Assembly: GCF_902652985.1 (NCBI RefSeq)
Contig: NC_047025.1
Span: forward strand, 36,332,001 to 36,396,000
Reading direction: 5' to 3'
Length of the DNA: 64,000 nt
Source: Pecten maximus
Taxonomy: Eukaryota
A program made the position numbers and the translations under genes. Positions 1 through 14,548 of the stretch are shown piece by piece. The notes beneath the pieces were generated by a model, which had not been told where the DNA came from, did not search any database, and worked only from the letters and a program-made list of their open reading frames with translations. Each line of letters starts with the position of its first letter. The stretch's first letter is position 1.

Positions 1-1100
1 CCATTGTATAATACGTGAAGGCCGGTTATAGGACCACTCATATTGGTACAAACCCTGTATATACGGAAGGCGGTATAGACCTCATATTGGTACAGAACCC
101 TGTATAATAGCGGAAGTGCAGGTATAGAACCTGACATATTGGATAACAAATCCCGCTATAATACGGAAGGCGGTATAGACCTCATATTGGTACAAACCCT
201 GTATAATATGGAAGGCGGTATAGACCTCATATTGGTACACACCCTGTATAATACGGAAGGCGGTATAGACCTCGTATTGGTACAAACCCTGTATAATACG
301 GAAGGCGGTATAGACCTCATATTGGTATAAACCCTGTATAATACGGAAGGCGGTATAGACCTCATATTGGTACACACCCTGTATAATATGGAAGGCGGTA
401 TAGACCTCATATTGGTACAAACCCTGTATAATACGGAAGGCGGTATATACCTCATATTGGTACAAACCTGTATAATACGGAAGGCGGTATAGACCTCATA
501 TTGGTACAAACCCTGTATAATACGGAAGGCGGTATAGACCTCATATTGGTACAGACCCTGTATAATACGGAAGGCGGTATATACCTCATATTGGTACAAA
601 CCTGTATAATACGGAAGGCGGTATAGACCTCATATTGGTACAAACCCTGTATAATACGGAAGGCGGTATAGACCTCATATTGGTACAAACCCTGTATAAT
701 ACGGAAGGCGATATAGACCTCATATTGATACAAACCCTGTATAATACGGAAGGCGGTATATACCTCATATTGGTACAAACCCTGTATAATATGGAAGGCG
801 ATATAGACCTCATATTGGTACAAACCTGTATAATACGGAAGGCGGTATAGACCTCATATTGGTACAAACCCTGTATAATACGGAAGGCGGTATAGACCTC
901 ATATTGGTACAAACCTGTATAATACGGAAGGCGGTATAGACCTCATATTGGTACGTGTACACCCTGTATAATACGGAAGGCGGTATAGACCTCATATTGG
1001 TACAAACCCTGTATAATACGGAAGGCGGTATAGACCTCATATTGGTACAAACCCTGTATAATACGGAAGGCGGTATAGACCTCATATTGGTACAAACCCC
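1..1100. repeat. 45-bp minisatellite (about 24 copies), unit CTCATATTGGTACAAACCCTGTATAATACGGAAGGCGGTATAGAC
   Basis: 45-nt periodicity read directly (e.g. 241 to 286); some 44-nt units; runs off the left edge. Confidence 0.97.
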
Positions 1101-2190
1101 GGAGAGTATCGTATTGAACACACTGGGTTAGCAAACTTCAATTATAATGACAATTGTTTATTCTCATAAACTCGCTCCATCGAAGGAGTTGGGAACCGAC
1201 AATGCGACGTTGACGGTTCCCTCACTGCCATGGTCTCGTTCTGTCAAAGGTCGAGCGATTACCAGATCCTGTAGCATAGCATACGTTGTGGTTGCGTCAT
1301 AATTTTGTCGATAATTTGACAACTTATTATATGGCTATATCGATATATTGATATTACCGAATTCCTTACCCACGATAAACTGATGCATCATATTGTTATG
1401 TCGCTTAAACGTCATTTAAATCATAACCAAAGAACAGTCATAGTCAAAATCATTGTGAGAAATGTCATGTATTTAATATGGACAGGAGGAACATCTTTCT
1501 TTTCTCAGCCACCCTTACAGTTTTCAGTCGTTTCCATTGTCACTTTCTCTTCGCATAGAATGTCTATGCATGTACACTTTATACCCTTAGTAAGACACCT
1601 AGAAAACTCTATATCCTGCTGCTTAGCATTTGCAAATCTAAAACAAAGAATGCACAACAACAAATTGAGACAGAAAACGATCTTATGTGTTCTACGTAAT
1701 CTGAAAACTCTGAATTTTTGTCAGTTTGGGTGGTCAAAACACTTCCAAAGATAATCACTACAGATATTACGTTTTATTAGCTCCATTTAAAAACCAATTG
1801 GTCTTGGGCTGCTCCGAGACCCCCGCTTTATTTTCTTGTACCGCGCCCTCTAAACAGTTAATCCTGAAATTTGATTAAGAAAATCGCGAAAATTAAAGTA
1901 GGCAAAATGTAATCCTGAAACTTCTACATCATGCTGATTATACACCATTTTATCAAGAGCTTCTGGGACCCCAGATTCCTGTCCTGTTTCCTTATGTAGT
2001 ACACATTAGATAGTTATCCTGAAAACATCATTCAGAAAAAAAGCAAGCATGGCCCCCTGATCCTAGAACAGTTAATCATTGAAAATAATATCATGATAAT
2101 AAAGCAAAAATCTAAAAAGTAAACATGAAAAATATGGTCCAGAAACTCTGATGAGTGATAATACACCACTTTGTCGAGAGCCTCTGGGGA

Positions 2191-2415
2191 TTTGGTTTGG
2201 TTTGTTTTTGTTTAACGTCCTATTAACAGCCAGGGTCATTTAAGGACGTGCCAGGTTTTGGAGGTGGAGGAAAGCCGGAGTACCCGGAGAAAAACCACTG
2301 GCCTACGGTCAGCACCTGGCAACTGCCCCACGTAGGTATCGAACTCGCAACCCAGAGGTGGAGGGCTAGTGTTAAAGTGTCGGGACACCTTAACCACTCG
2401 GCCACCGCGGCCCCT
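2191..2415 (-). mobile_element. tRNA-derived SINE, V-domain type
   Basis: Minus strand has A box TGGCCGAGTGG, B box GAGTTCGATAC, core GGTTTTTCTCCGGGTACTCCGGCTTTCCTCC and an (AAACC)n tail; 12-bp TSD AGCCTCTGGGGA at 2179-2190 and 2416-2427. Confidence 0.9.
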
Positions 2416-2462
2416 AGCCTCTGGGGAACTGGACGAACCCCCCCCCCCCCAGAGTAAGAGTG

Positions 2463-2694
2463 NNNNNNNNNNNNNNNNNNNNNNNNNNNNNNNNNNNNNN
2501 NNNNNNNNNNNNNNNNNNNNNNNNNNNNNNNNNNNNNNNNNNNNNNNNNNNNNNNNNNNNNNNNNNNNNNNNNNNNNNNNNNNNNNNNNNNNNNNNNNNN
2601 NNNNNNNNNNNNNNNNNNNNNNNNNNNNNNNNNNNNNNNNNNNNNNNNNNNNNNNNNNNNNNNNNNNNNNNNNNNNNNNNNNNNNNNNNNNNNN
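2463..2694. other. assembly gap (N run)
   Basis: run of n. Confidence 1.
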
Positions 2695-2749
2695 GTTACG
2701 TACATCCTAAACAGTTTATGAGAAAAAATCAGTTTAAAAAAAATATATA

Positions 2750-4550
2750 AACAAGAGATCCCAGAGGGATCTTGGCGCCCACCATTGAATGATCTTTATA
2801 GGTTCCATGTCAGATTGATCTTTTCTCTACTTTTCCCTTCCTCTAAGTCTTATATTACTAATCTGTGTTAATTCAGAAACAGCCCTCTAATACTTTTCAA
2901 ACAAGGGGAACCTATATATAAAATTTAAGATTTAGCGATAATGGCTGTCTGTCGGCCATGTTGTTTTCCGATTGGTCCCAAAATGCAATACCAGGGACCA
3001 TGGGGAACCTACATATGAAATTTGAGAAAAATCCCTTCAGTACCTTCTGTACAATAGCGATAACAAACTTCAATTTTCAAAATACAAGATGGCTGCCTGT
3101 CAGCCAGGTTGTTTTCTGACTGGTCTCAAAATCCAATATGCATAACTAGGCACAGAGGGCAACCTACAAATGAAATTCAGAAAGATCCTTTCAGCAATTT
3201 CTGATAAATAGCGATAACAATCTTCAATTGTCAAAATCCAAGATGGCTGCCTGTCGGCCATGTTGTTTTTCGATTGGTCTCAAAATGCAATATGCATAAC
3301 TACGCACTGAGGGAAACCTACATATGAAATTTGAGAAAGATCCATTCAGTACTTTCTCAGAAATAGCGATAACAAACTTCAATTGTCAAAATCCAAGATG
3401 GCTGCCTGTCGGCCATGTTGTTTTCAGATTGGTCTCAAAATGCAATATGCATAACTAGGCACCGAGGGAAACCTACATATGAAATTTCAGAAAGATCCCT
3501 TCATAAGTTTCTGAGAAATAGCGATAACAAACTTCAATTGTCAAAATCCAAGATGGCTGCCTGTTGGCCATGTTGTTTTCCGATTAGTCTCAAAATGCAA
3601 TATGCATAACTAGGCACCAAGGGGAACCTACATATGAAATTTCAGAAAGATGCCTTCATTAGTTTCTGAGAAATAGCGATAACAAACTTCAATTGTCAAA
3701 ATCCAAGATGGCTGCCTGTCGGCCATGTTGTTTTCCAATTGGTCTCAAAATGCAATATGCCTAACTAGGCACCAAGAGGAACCTTTATATGAAATTTGAG
3801 AAAGATCCCTTCAGTGCTTTCTCAGAAATAGCGATAACAAACTTCAATTGTCAAAATCCAAGATGGCTGCCTGTCGGCCATGTTGTTTTCAGATTGGTCT
3901 CAAAATGCAATATGCATAACTAGGCACCAAGGGGAACCTACATATGAAATTTCAGAAAGATCCCCTCAATAGTTTCTGAGAAATAGCGATAACAAACTTC
4001 AATTGTCAAAATCCAAGATGGCTGCCTGTCGGCCATGTTGTTTTCAGATTGGTCTCAAAATGCAATATGCATAACTAGGCACCAAGGGGAACCTACATAT
4101 GAAATTTCAGAAAGATCCCCTCAATAGTTTCTGAGAAATAGCGATAACAAACTTCAATTGTCAAAATCCAAGATGGCTGCCTGTCGGCCATGTTGTTTTC
4201 AGATTGGTCTCAAAATGCAATATGCATAACTAGGCACCAAGGGGAACCTACATATGAAATTTAAGAAAGATCCCCTCAATAGTTTCTGAGAAATAGCGAT
4301 AACAAACTTCAATTGTCAAAATCCAAGATGGCTGCCTGTCGGCCATGTTGTTTTCAGATTGGTCTCAAAATGCAATATGCATAACTAGGCACCAAGGGGA
4401 ACCTAAATATGAAATTTGAGAAAGATCCCTTCAGTAATTTCTGAGAAATAGCGATAACAAGAATTGTTTACGGACGGAGGGACGGACGGACGACGGACCA
4501 CGGACGCAGGGCGATTTGAATAGCCCACCATCATCAGATGGTGGGCTAAA
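2750..4550 (+). mobile_element. HINE/DINE-1-like (Helentron-associated) non-autonomous element with about 10 internal 155-bp tandem monomers
   Basis: 5' end ACAAGAGATCCCAGAGGGATCTTGGCGCCCACC; 155-bp periodicity (3986, 4141, 4296); (GGAC)n microsatellite; terminal stem-loop AGCCCACCATC-ATCA-GATGGTGGGCT; A-rich flanks. Confidence 0.85.
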
Positions 4551-4974
4551 AAACCCACTGAAAGTATATCATATATACCATAGATACCACTTTCTAAGAA
4601 TCTAAGAATGCAGGATTTTGCACCATTTCTTGGATAGCTTCTGACCCCTCGCCTGAATGATTTGTCTCCCCCCCCCCCCCCCCCGAACATGGAATCCTGG
4701 GTCCGCCCCTGTAAGTTACGAATGGATGAGATTATGTTCATTCGGGGACCAGTAGTTTTGTATCAAGACGTCCAACGTAATTCCGAAGTGCTTTGAGAGC
4801 TGACCCATGTGATATTGAACAAGAATCAAAGCCATTTCTCCTTTTCAAGTTGCCTTTCGTCCATTACCGCCCGTGAACAATCATATCGCCATTTCTCAGT
4901 TCTTTATGGATCTATTATTTCTTAAGTAAGTACTCCGTGGTCCTAGTTGTGCATGATCAATAGTTTAAGACTGA

Positions 4975-5322
4975 TTGCAAACGGCCGACAGGTGGCATAT
5001 TGGATTTTGGCAGTTACAATTTGTTATCGCATGTTTCTTGAAGTATTGGAGGGATGCTTTTCGAACTTCACAGGCAGGTTCCTATTTGTGTCAATTCGAG
5101 TCTGATCGGGAAAACTAAATTGGCGACAGCTAGCCATCTTGCATTTGATAGTTGAAATGTGTTATTCGAGATTTCAGTAAGACCTAAGATCTGTCCTTGC
5201 CTTCAAATGAAGATTCTCCATGTCATCAACCGATTGAGGATTGGTAAGAAGGGAAACGGTGTTTCATAGGACCAATCAAGATCATTCAATGGTGGGCGCC
5301 AAGATCCCTCTGGGATATCTCT
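4975..5322 (-). mobile_element. diverged, truncated copy of the same HINE-like family in inverted orientation
   Basis: GGTGGGCGCCAAGATCCCTCTGGGAT at 5291-5316 is the reverse complement of the family 5' end; degenerate monomer sequence lies to its left. Confidence 0.65.
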
Positions 5323-6550
5323 CTCTCTTTTTTTTTGAAAAAATTGTGGGGTTACACTCCTGAACCGACTTAATGATATAACTTTCGGTAAACAAGAAGT
5401 TGTTCGTTAAAGTCAGTGTCTCAACTAAGTTGGCTCATTTGACTTTTAGGGTAAAGGGAATTTCTTTTTTTTTTAAACCTTATACTGTAGTTATAGGGCT
5501 CAATTGTTTTAGCTTCATAATAAAGCCAAAGCTATAAATACTAACCAGATCCACCCGCCTGTGATAAAGCTTGATACAGAACAGCTGATGATGGAAAATT
5601 AATTGATGAAAATGTTGAAGTAGGGCAACCACTGTTCCACATTTACTACATGTTTTTGTAAACTCCTATTACTGCTTATCAAAATTATCCAATAATAGAC
5701 AATCAAATGACAACAGTCCCATTTGACTTGTATCCTACCTACTACAAGAGCAAAGTTGATTCAGCATTTATTAAGATACTAAGCTGATAACGTGTACCTC
5801 TTCAGACTCTTGCTTACATTGATATGTGACCTTAAAACTAGGAAAACCAATCTTGATAATATACCATACCAGAACCCTGGGTAACTGTCACTATTGAGGA
5901 AGGACAAAACCTATGATGCCTCCGAGGTGGCCAGGGACTAATTAATGGAAGGGAGATAACCTTGAAGGCAGAAGCATGTAAAGCCAATAAGGAAGTAAAA
6001 TAGAACAAAATTTGGTAAGTCTCACGAGATGCACAGATCTACAACTGCAGTTTCAGGTTATCAACATCTAGTTAAAAATTAAACAACATCAATTTCTTCA
6101 TGTTTATTCACTTAATTCAGTGGCAATATGATGAATATGTTTTTAGAAAGCTCTCTCACCATCATGAAACAGACCACAGGATTGGTCCATGAAAACAAAA
6201 CATTCTTCCTCATACTCAAATCAGCTTTCATTCTCCCACACAATTTTCAGTTCTCTTTCAAAATGACATGATCACCTACAATATCTTACAATATAAATGA
6301 TAGATGTAAAAGGAAAGAATTCCTCACAAATGAATTATGGATCTCACAGTCGACCATAAAATGTGACAACAGTCTTTCTCGAAAGAACATTCTTCCTTTA
6401 TAATGTTCCAGAATTGTCATCATAATCGAGATTTTGTCCATAGTTACAAATAAAACCTAGATCTTTCATATTTGCTCTTGTGCAGTCCCATTTAGACACA
6501 ATATCTACAGGCTTCACTGGATGTGTACACTTTTCATAGTGCTTGTCTTT

Positions 6551-9500
6551 CTACCTTCTCATTCCTGGAGGTGGTCCTGAGGATATAGAAAACAAATGCT
6601 TGTTAACACTATTTTTAATCATTGCTTGTTGACCATTACGATATTAAACAGAATTAAAAGTACATGTGTTACTGAGAAGGTAAGTAGCAGTACTAGACAA
6701 AATCAGAAAAGGGACACAACTCCCTAACTAACTTATTACAATTTTTATTTTAACAAATACAGAAACACAATTGCTTTTCAGTTCTGTAAAACCTCTCAGA
6801 TTCAGTGTTACATTGACTGAATCAGGATATTAAGTTTGTTTATATCTATTGGGAGGACAGTGTCTATGTATCTATATGGGTACTAATATAAGAACCATTT
6901 CTGATTGTTTTTTCTCCATTGATGTCATAATAAATTCCCAAATCTTTAAAGTCACTTTGCTGTTAACCATTGCTGTTTTAAATGGCATCATTTTATTCTT
7001 TCCATCATAATCGAGTTCAACCTTCACACCTGCATCTATAATACTGTACATCTATGGGGCACTGTTGGCTGATGTGTATAATACACTTTGGTGCGACATA
7101 CAAGTAATTTACAGAATCTAGTCCTTTGTTAATAATTTTGAATATTGATGTGGCCTAGATACTTTCATTTTGAATCCTTATTTGTGTATCAGACTAATGT
7201 ATAGTTACCCCTAACAGGCTCCTTGAAAATTACAATATTTCATGTCAAATTCTGTCACGTATTTGTTTGTTTGTTATTTCAATCAGTTTCTATTAATTTC
7301 TACTACATAAGTTATGACATCCTTTAGTATACCAAGTGACACAATATGTCTTTATTAATGGAGATGAAACCACAATCATTATATAAACACAAACATAGAT
7401 CTGGTTGCAATTTGGCACATGGCTTCAACCCCACCTCTGATGAATTAAGTAGTAGGTGGGAAAAGTCGATGCACATTTATTTGCGACATTATTTTCTGTT
7501 ATTGGAACTTAAAATAAATATTTCAATCAGTTTTATTTATAAACTTGAATGATAAATTTAACTGCAGATTCCTTGAATGATACCGACACAAAAACTTTAA
7601 TGATTCTTGTTTAATTTTTAAATTCATTTTTGGCCAAGACAGCAATCTGTTTCCCAATTCCGCTCTTTCAATTCTTTTTTACATTTGCTGTAAAATATTT
7701 TCCACATTAGGCTAGCAAGGAATAACCTTGGAGGAGAATAATTCTTATGGATTGACAAGAGCTCAGCAGAGTCCAGTATATCATTACTAACCTCTCATCA
7801 TGCCCGGAGGTGGGCCTCTCATCCCTGGTCCACCACGCCCTCCCATAGGTGGTCCTCTCATTCCCATCATGCCAGGTGGGGGGCCTCCACGCCCTGGAGG
7901 ACCTGGGAACAGCACAATTACATAAGTATTGTCCAAACAAAAACACATTTGCAACAAGATCTGATGAATTTTTTTAACAGATAGTAGTACAAATTATAGC
8001 ATTACAGGAAAGACAGTTATCCAGTGGGGTTACAGTACAGTCAATAGTACATCATAGAGCAGAGCAATAGTTCAACACCAAATGTCTTCGAATTTTCCAA
8101 ACCATTCCAGCACTAGTTACGAAAGTAAAAATGAAGTCATGGTAAACTGGACAAAATTGCAAAATTGTTAAAAAGTTGACACTGATATGCATTAATGATT
8201 GAAATATTCAATCGCAAACAGAAAGTACCATAGGTCCTTATGAATCATTCGCTGTTCAATAGTGGAAAGGCTAAAATTGCAATTCTTTTTTCTTGGTTAC
8301 ATTGAAAGTTGGGACTAATAAAACTAACCTCTCATTTGTGGTGGTGCTGACATTGTGCTGCGGTTGGGATTCATCATTTGTGACCCAGGTCCACCAACAC
8401 CCCTGACTGGACCCTGTAGACCCTGGTGAGGTCCTCCACCCATTCCTCGTCCTGCTGCCCGACCAATACCAGCGCCTGGTCCAGCACCAGAGAGGGGAAC
8501 ACGAGCAATACCTTCCTGTGTACACAATAACTTGTATTAATTTCTTTATATCAACTTGATGACAGAATTTCTAAAAAATATTCTAAAAATAATATATAAA
8601 CTTTGAAGCTGTTTGTTCAATTTGTTTAGAAAATGTGTATATTTTTTATCCTGTTTTGACTTTGGACTATAAATTTTGACTATTATCTATAATTGGCATA
8701 AGACTAGGAGCAGCAAAGTCTATAACTTTCAAATTTTTTTTTAAATGCCTCATTATGTTCAGTTCATTTATCTCAAATTAGATACAAGAATTAAAACAGT
8801 AATGAAGTAAAATGACCTCATACTGCATTTGAAAATTTACGTACCTCAGCTGGGGGTGGTCCCTCTACAGTCATAGATACTAGATGTTCCCCACGCAAAA
8901 GTACCAGACCTAGAACTCTCTTCTCTTCCTTCTCTCCACTCTTGCTACTCTTTGGCTTCACTTTCCTGAACTCATCACAATCCCCGAGGATGAGATTCAT
9001 GTGTTTATCAAATGCTTTGAAAGTTCCTATAAATGTGCGGCCATCCTGCAGAGTGCATCGCATTCTGTAGTTGATGTGCTGCAGCATCTTCGAACTCCTG
9101 CCCACCGTCTGCAAATGAAAGATCAATCTGTTTTAATAATTCATGTAAACATTTCCTTTTTTCCTCCAGTGTCATACCAAAGGCATCTGAATCATACAGG
9201 TTTATAATAATCGGGTGGGGAACTTGCCACATCTAAGACAACTTAACACTTATTGACAGTGCAAGCCCTATATAAAACATTCAAATGTTGGATTTCAGTA
9301 CATTTGAACACTTCTATTTTCATTGTTTGAAATATTTCTTGGTTTTTACACCTTCGGAAAAACTGATTTCAGATATAGAATTCTGCAAAAATATGAATAC
9401 TGTAATTAAAAGAAGTACTGTTTTCTAACAAATATATCAAAATGATAAATTTTCATGTTTTATATGGTACAACTAAAATACAAAGTTGTCTAAAAAATTG

Positions 9501-10024
9501 AGAAAATGTAGGGGAGTTTCCACCTGATCTTTGTCAATTAGTATTCTTTAGTTAACATTGATTTGGTGGGTACAAAACTAACTTAAGGATTACATGACCG
9601 AAGGGGAAATTCTGATAATATTGGTGATAGTCTTCTTTGTATTAATCAAACGCTTGATGCATTGATGATGTACTTGTTTTCTGTTTTGATGGGTAGGGAT
9701 GTCGCAGTTAATTGAAATAATGAAAAGATCACAGTAGGTCGTACTCCAATAATATTAGAGGTTTACACGACAGGAAACTTTTGACAGGCTGTCATGTAAC
9801 CTCTAATCACCACCGCACATAAAACCTGTTGCTGTGACCCACCTAATTAAAGTCGTTTAAAAGTTATCTTTATTCACATTTCATATGATCTGACCTACCT
9901 TATTCTATTTATCTATCATAAATACACAAAGTCACACAACATGTGTCCATATCTATATCCAAGATCAGTGATTATTAGCCTCTTTTGTCGTTTAAGCGTA
10001 GGTCCCATTTGTATATACCGCCAT
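6551..10024 (-). CDS. SNRPB: small nuclear ribonucleoprotein-associated protein B (SmB), 197 aa, 5 coding exons
   Basis: Exons 10024-10019 (MA; least certain), 9108-8845, 8515-8329, 7902-7792, 6576-6551; all GT-AG, 594 nt in frame. Sm fold [49 protein letters not shown]...[21 protein letters not shown] and PPPGMR-rich tail. Confidence 0.95.
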
Positions 10025-12559
10025 ACTTGTTTTGATTGTGACCTCTCGAGGTTATTTCCGGTTTATCCAAATATGGAGTTGAAATAGACGAAACAAACGA
10101 AATGCTGTGAAAATATTACGCTACGTTTTCCGTTTTATGTGCATTCCGTATTTTATAATAACCGGAACAGCAAAGTTGTTTTAGTGACCCAATATTTAAC
10201 ACAGTAGGTCGCAAGTGAATTATTGTGGATATAATTATATTTAAGAGGTGTCCATCAACAGTTTGTGCATAAATGGATTGATACTTCATCAACAAGTAAG
10301 CGTACACATATTTGTTAACAAGAATTATTGTTTTAGATGGTTTATGACACTTTTTCGTCGCGCCCTAGAATCAGGGCGCTGGCAGCTACAAGAAAAACAC
10401 GCTGAGGGGATATGAGGTCGCAATATCCACCAATGTAATCAGGTGGAATAAGACCTCGTATATGTATAGGAGTAAGTAGGTCGTAGTTGTTTGGTGGCAG
10501 CAAATTAAAGGCATGTATTATTTGTGACTCATATATATATATATAGGGACAGACTTTTTTTATCTTTATACTAGATACCTTATGGAGAAGACTAGTAGAC
10601 ACTTATCTATTACTATTTCATTTTTTACAATACATAATGAAGTTTGCACGTATTCTACTTGCGACTGTTTATTAGATTAGTAACTGAAAACCGACACAAA
10701 AAATGATTACTGAACTGAACCAAAACTTGAACAGAGACACCTCTATTGATGGCTATGGGTACCCTGTGGGTAAACCATTTTGTCAAACTTGACCTGTATG
10801 TACTAACATGTACAGTTGTCCCTACTTATATTAAAAGTAAACATCAGGCATTCTTTGTCAGATGTGCATATCCGAGTTTTGACAGGTCTACATATTTCTA
10901 AGAACGTTCAGCTCTCTTATAGCATTAGGCAAATTCAAAAGTCAAATCATAAATCCCTGATTGGTATTAATGTGTTCTTGGACTTATGAAGTTCTGGTCA
11001 AATAGGCATATAACTGCTTTCATGTGTTCAGATGGGGATTGCACTTGTCTACATGCGGATGTAACAGTGTTCATGGGAGAGGGCTGTAGTTTTCTGGTAA
11101 ACTATACATTAAATTTTATACTATATAAGCCTCAGGTCTGAGCTACCTCCCCAAAAGCGATTCGAGTCGTACCTGGCTTGTGTACTGTGTATTTTAGAAA
11201 TTATCAAAGAGTGAAGTGAAGTCAAGTGCATCATCGACGAACTTAAAATATGAAAATAATGGCAATACGACATGAATCCGAACCTTTTCAAAGATCTACT
11301 TCTAAGATAAGATCATGCGAATGGTACAACGTATATAAAACGTAAGCTTGTTCGGGTTTGTTTACAAATGGGACCCGGCATCCACATTGTTTACATTCAA
11401 TATATATTGTTAAACAAAAAATGTAATAAGTATTATGCAGTTGAAATATCAATCAATGCATTCGTTGTATAATTACCATTTTTGCTGCTTTAAATGACGG
11501 TCGATGCAGTGGATTAAAAAAATTGATGCAGTATCACCTGCTTCTTAAACAATGGCGGAAACGCTAAAAGTACGCGGTAACGGAGAGTGAATAAAAGGGA
11601 CGTAACTCCTACTAATATGACTACTGAGGTGGTATTTTGGTCCGTGCTGTAACATATTTAATTAGCATGATTTTACCATTTAGGTTATTTAGTATGCGGA
11701 TGTTACTTATTTTTCCACAAGCGTTTATTGATTTTTTCTCTCTCTCTAATAATACATAAAAAGGAATTGTACACGTACTGTATGCAACCCGCAGTTGTCA
11801 GTCAATGTAAGTAAAAGTTTCCGTTTCCTCCAAACATCATCCTACCATCCTCTTAGCAATCAAATAAATCAATGATATACAGTACAGTACACGTGTAATC
11901 TATGGAAGTTATACACTTAAAATAATAATGATTTAGTTAAGCAATCCAGTCCTAATTTGAAGTAACTTATTTTATCACTTAAGAAACGATAACCGTATGC
12001 TTTTGTTACCTATATGAGCATATGATTTGAGAGTATATATATATTGGTGGCAATAAATTATGAATTTTAGGGATTCCGTTATCGTTTGCATATTTTTTTT
12101 GTGTGCGTTGGAAGAGTCAGATGTGAGGGAAAATGGTAAAATTTCCAAGAAACATAGTTGGCGATTTAAGGATAAGATAAATCTTTTCAAAGAAACAATA
12201 ACTTAACATAAAATTATACATTTTTATAGATGGCCGGCTAGGGTCATCTCTCAACCACGAGAACGCAAAATCGCGAAAATAGTTTCGCCATTGCACTTTC
12301 GCGATTTCGACCTACAGCACACAGGCACACTATTATGTGCGACAAAAGGTCAATAAACATTACAACAGCATGATACAGTATATAATTTTGTACAGAAGAG
12401 TGAAACACACATTTCTCATATATTTAGACAAATTAAGTTTGTATACACTGCATAAAAGTTCGTTCAATACAGGATGATATATTTAACTATACGATAGTAC
12501 TTATGATAACATGTATGTTTTGGAACATATCATTTCAATATTTTTACAATATATGTATG

Positions 12560-12870
12560 TTGCAAATTCACAATATTTTTTCAAACGTCTTTCTAGTATT
12601 TGGATGAACAGATATAGATTGGATAATACTCTAATATTGCATAATGATCCTTTCATTTTATGAAAGATGGGTTACATGTATAATAACTTTAGGTATATAC
12701 CTTTTACGAATTTGACTTACACATATATTTGAGCATAAAAATAAATAATGATACTCGCTTCCAACCCAGCATAGCGAATTACGTGACGTTCCAGTACATC
12801 GCCCTGTCTCTTCTGGAAGAAATATATTACTGGTTCTGAATTTATATATAGTTATTCGACCTTTTTGTTT
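12560..12870 (-). mobile_element. degenerate 3' fragment of an RTE-X-like LINE
   Basis: Translation KFRTSNIFLPEETGR...VGSEYHYLFLC...RKRYIPK aligns by eye with KIRTCNFKFPIETGR...IGDEYHYLFSC...QNKYIPN of the LINE ORF at 27848-28903. Confidence 0.7.
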
Positions 12871-14506
12871 AAGCATTGTTTATCACGCGTATACAATATA
12901 AGCGTATTATGATTGAACGAGAGTCTAGTAGGCAGTGTGGAAGATAGCCTCTTTGAACAGTCTTTTGAACTGAGGAAAGTAGGCTTACAATGTGCTTAGG
13001 TATGCATGTATGTTCAATTTTTAAAATGTATGCATACATTGGTTGCAGTTCGATACATGATGTGTTCTTTGGATGTAAAATGCAATAAAGTTGAATTGAA
13101 TATTCCGAAGGTATTATAATTAAAGACAATTTTAGACACTTGCACTGGCTTAATTAGCACCGAATCGCTTTGCGCATGCTCACAACCATTTGGTATATCG
13201 TATTGCAGGAATGATTTTGTCGACCAGACTTCAATATTATTAGTGTTTTTGTATGAATATGAAACAGTCATATTAGCCACAGGATGAGATAACAATGACT
13301 AACAAAATAACGAAATAACGACGGAAACTGGTCCTAACAAGATACTTATACATCAGGATAGGTACCAAAATATAATTAGTCTAAATAGTGAATTTAAAGC
13401 AGTAACCGAATAAATTCATTTCAATAAGATTTTTTTTTTTAAGAAACGGAAAAGTGCCGACAGCACAATACTGGCTTTAACTTCGCTTCAACTAGACACC
13501 CACATTTCAGTTATTCTTATATATATAGAGCCATGTATGGATGTAAGATTTTACGGTATGATACTGACATCCATAGTCCGGCGGCTTATATGGACCGAGG
13601 GTGTGCAATCCCTGTGATTTTTCACGATAGTTCATAACACGGGTAATCTTTTATTTTATTGAAATTCTAGGTCTATGCACGTTATCAAATGTAACCTCCT
13701 TTCTAAAAGAGTTCCACAAAAACACTACTACCGGGCCTAAGTGATATAATCAACCTTTGAATAGGCGATATCACTGAATTAATGATTAGTGTTATCACTT
13801 TATGTATCTATAAGTTATATTACCTATGTAAGTGACATCACTAAATTAGTATAAAAAGTAAAACGGCGTCCAATAATTTGATCCCAAACGACAGCGTGAA
13901 GGGCCCCATAATGGAGAAGTACCAAAACTAGCGAAGGGGATGGAAAAACAAATGTTGGATCTTTCTGAATGCGGTGCGACAATAAAAACTTTCGTTTGCC
14001 TTGCTGTAAGTCTTAAGTTTGTAATCAGATGACCGCTAGGCCTAAGACCCGTGGGAAATTTTAAAATACCAATTTCACCACGTTATATACGAATTTAAAA
14101 ATTAAATTAAAATATTGCTAGAGTCTAGTTTATTTCTATGGTGGAACTGCTATGGAACATTGGTCATGCTAGCCTGATAATTAACAAGCTTACAACCAAT
14201 TAAGGTTTTTCTTGTCTCACTCTTGACAGATCGCCTTATATCGACCAGTCGAAATTCAATATCGGTCTACATTTTTTTACTTATATGAATTTAAAGATCG
14301 ACCGTCCGAAACGTTTCTAGATCTACTGAATGTATATAGACTCTCTAGCTCTGTTGCAATGAGACTACCTGTCCTGCATAATTGATATTAGAAAAAAATC
14401 GATAAGAACAGTATGCTTTACCTATTCACTGATGACTGAACACGACATTATATTATCGATTTTGCTCGTGCCTGTCGATATCGTTTCTATAGCGACACGT
14501 ACGCTA

Positions 14507-14520
14507 CCACCAGGTGGCAG
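14507..14520 (+). promoter_or_regulatory. CTCF-like motif just upstream of the Sel1-repeat gene start
   Basis: CCACCAGGTGGCAG fits the CTCF core consensus CCASYAGRKGGCRS, about 30 nt before the ATG. Confidence 0.4.
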
Positions 14521-14548
14521 CAGGTCATTGGCTGGGGAAGCTGAGAAA

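Noticed and set aside
82-1134. Repetitive ORFs (YQYEVYTAFRIIQG...) and similar ORFs at 37270-37905, 43592-44059, 51172-51857 and 61809-63081
   Set aside because: By-products of minisatellite periodicity; frames break wherever unit length changes
2223-2750. ORFs containing X runs
   Set aside because: They span the N gap or SINE sequence
6577-9900. Intronic snoRNA in SNRPB (the human gene hosts one)
   Set aside because: No convincing C/D box pair with terminal stem found by eye; needs an Infernal search
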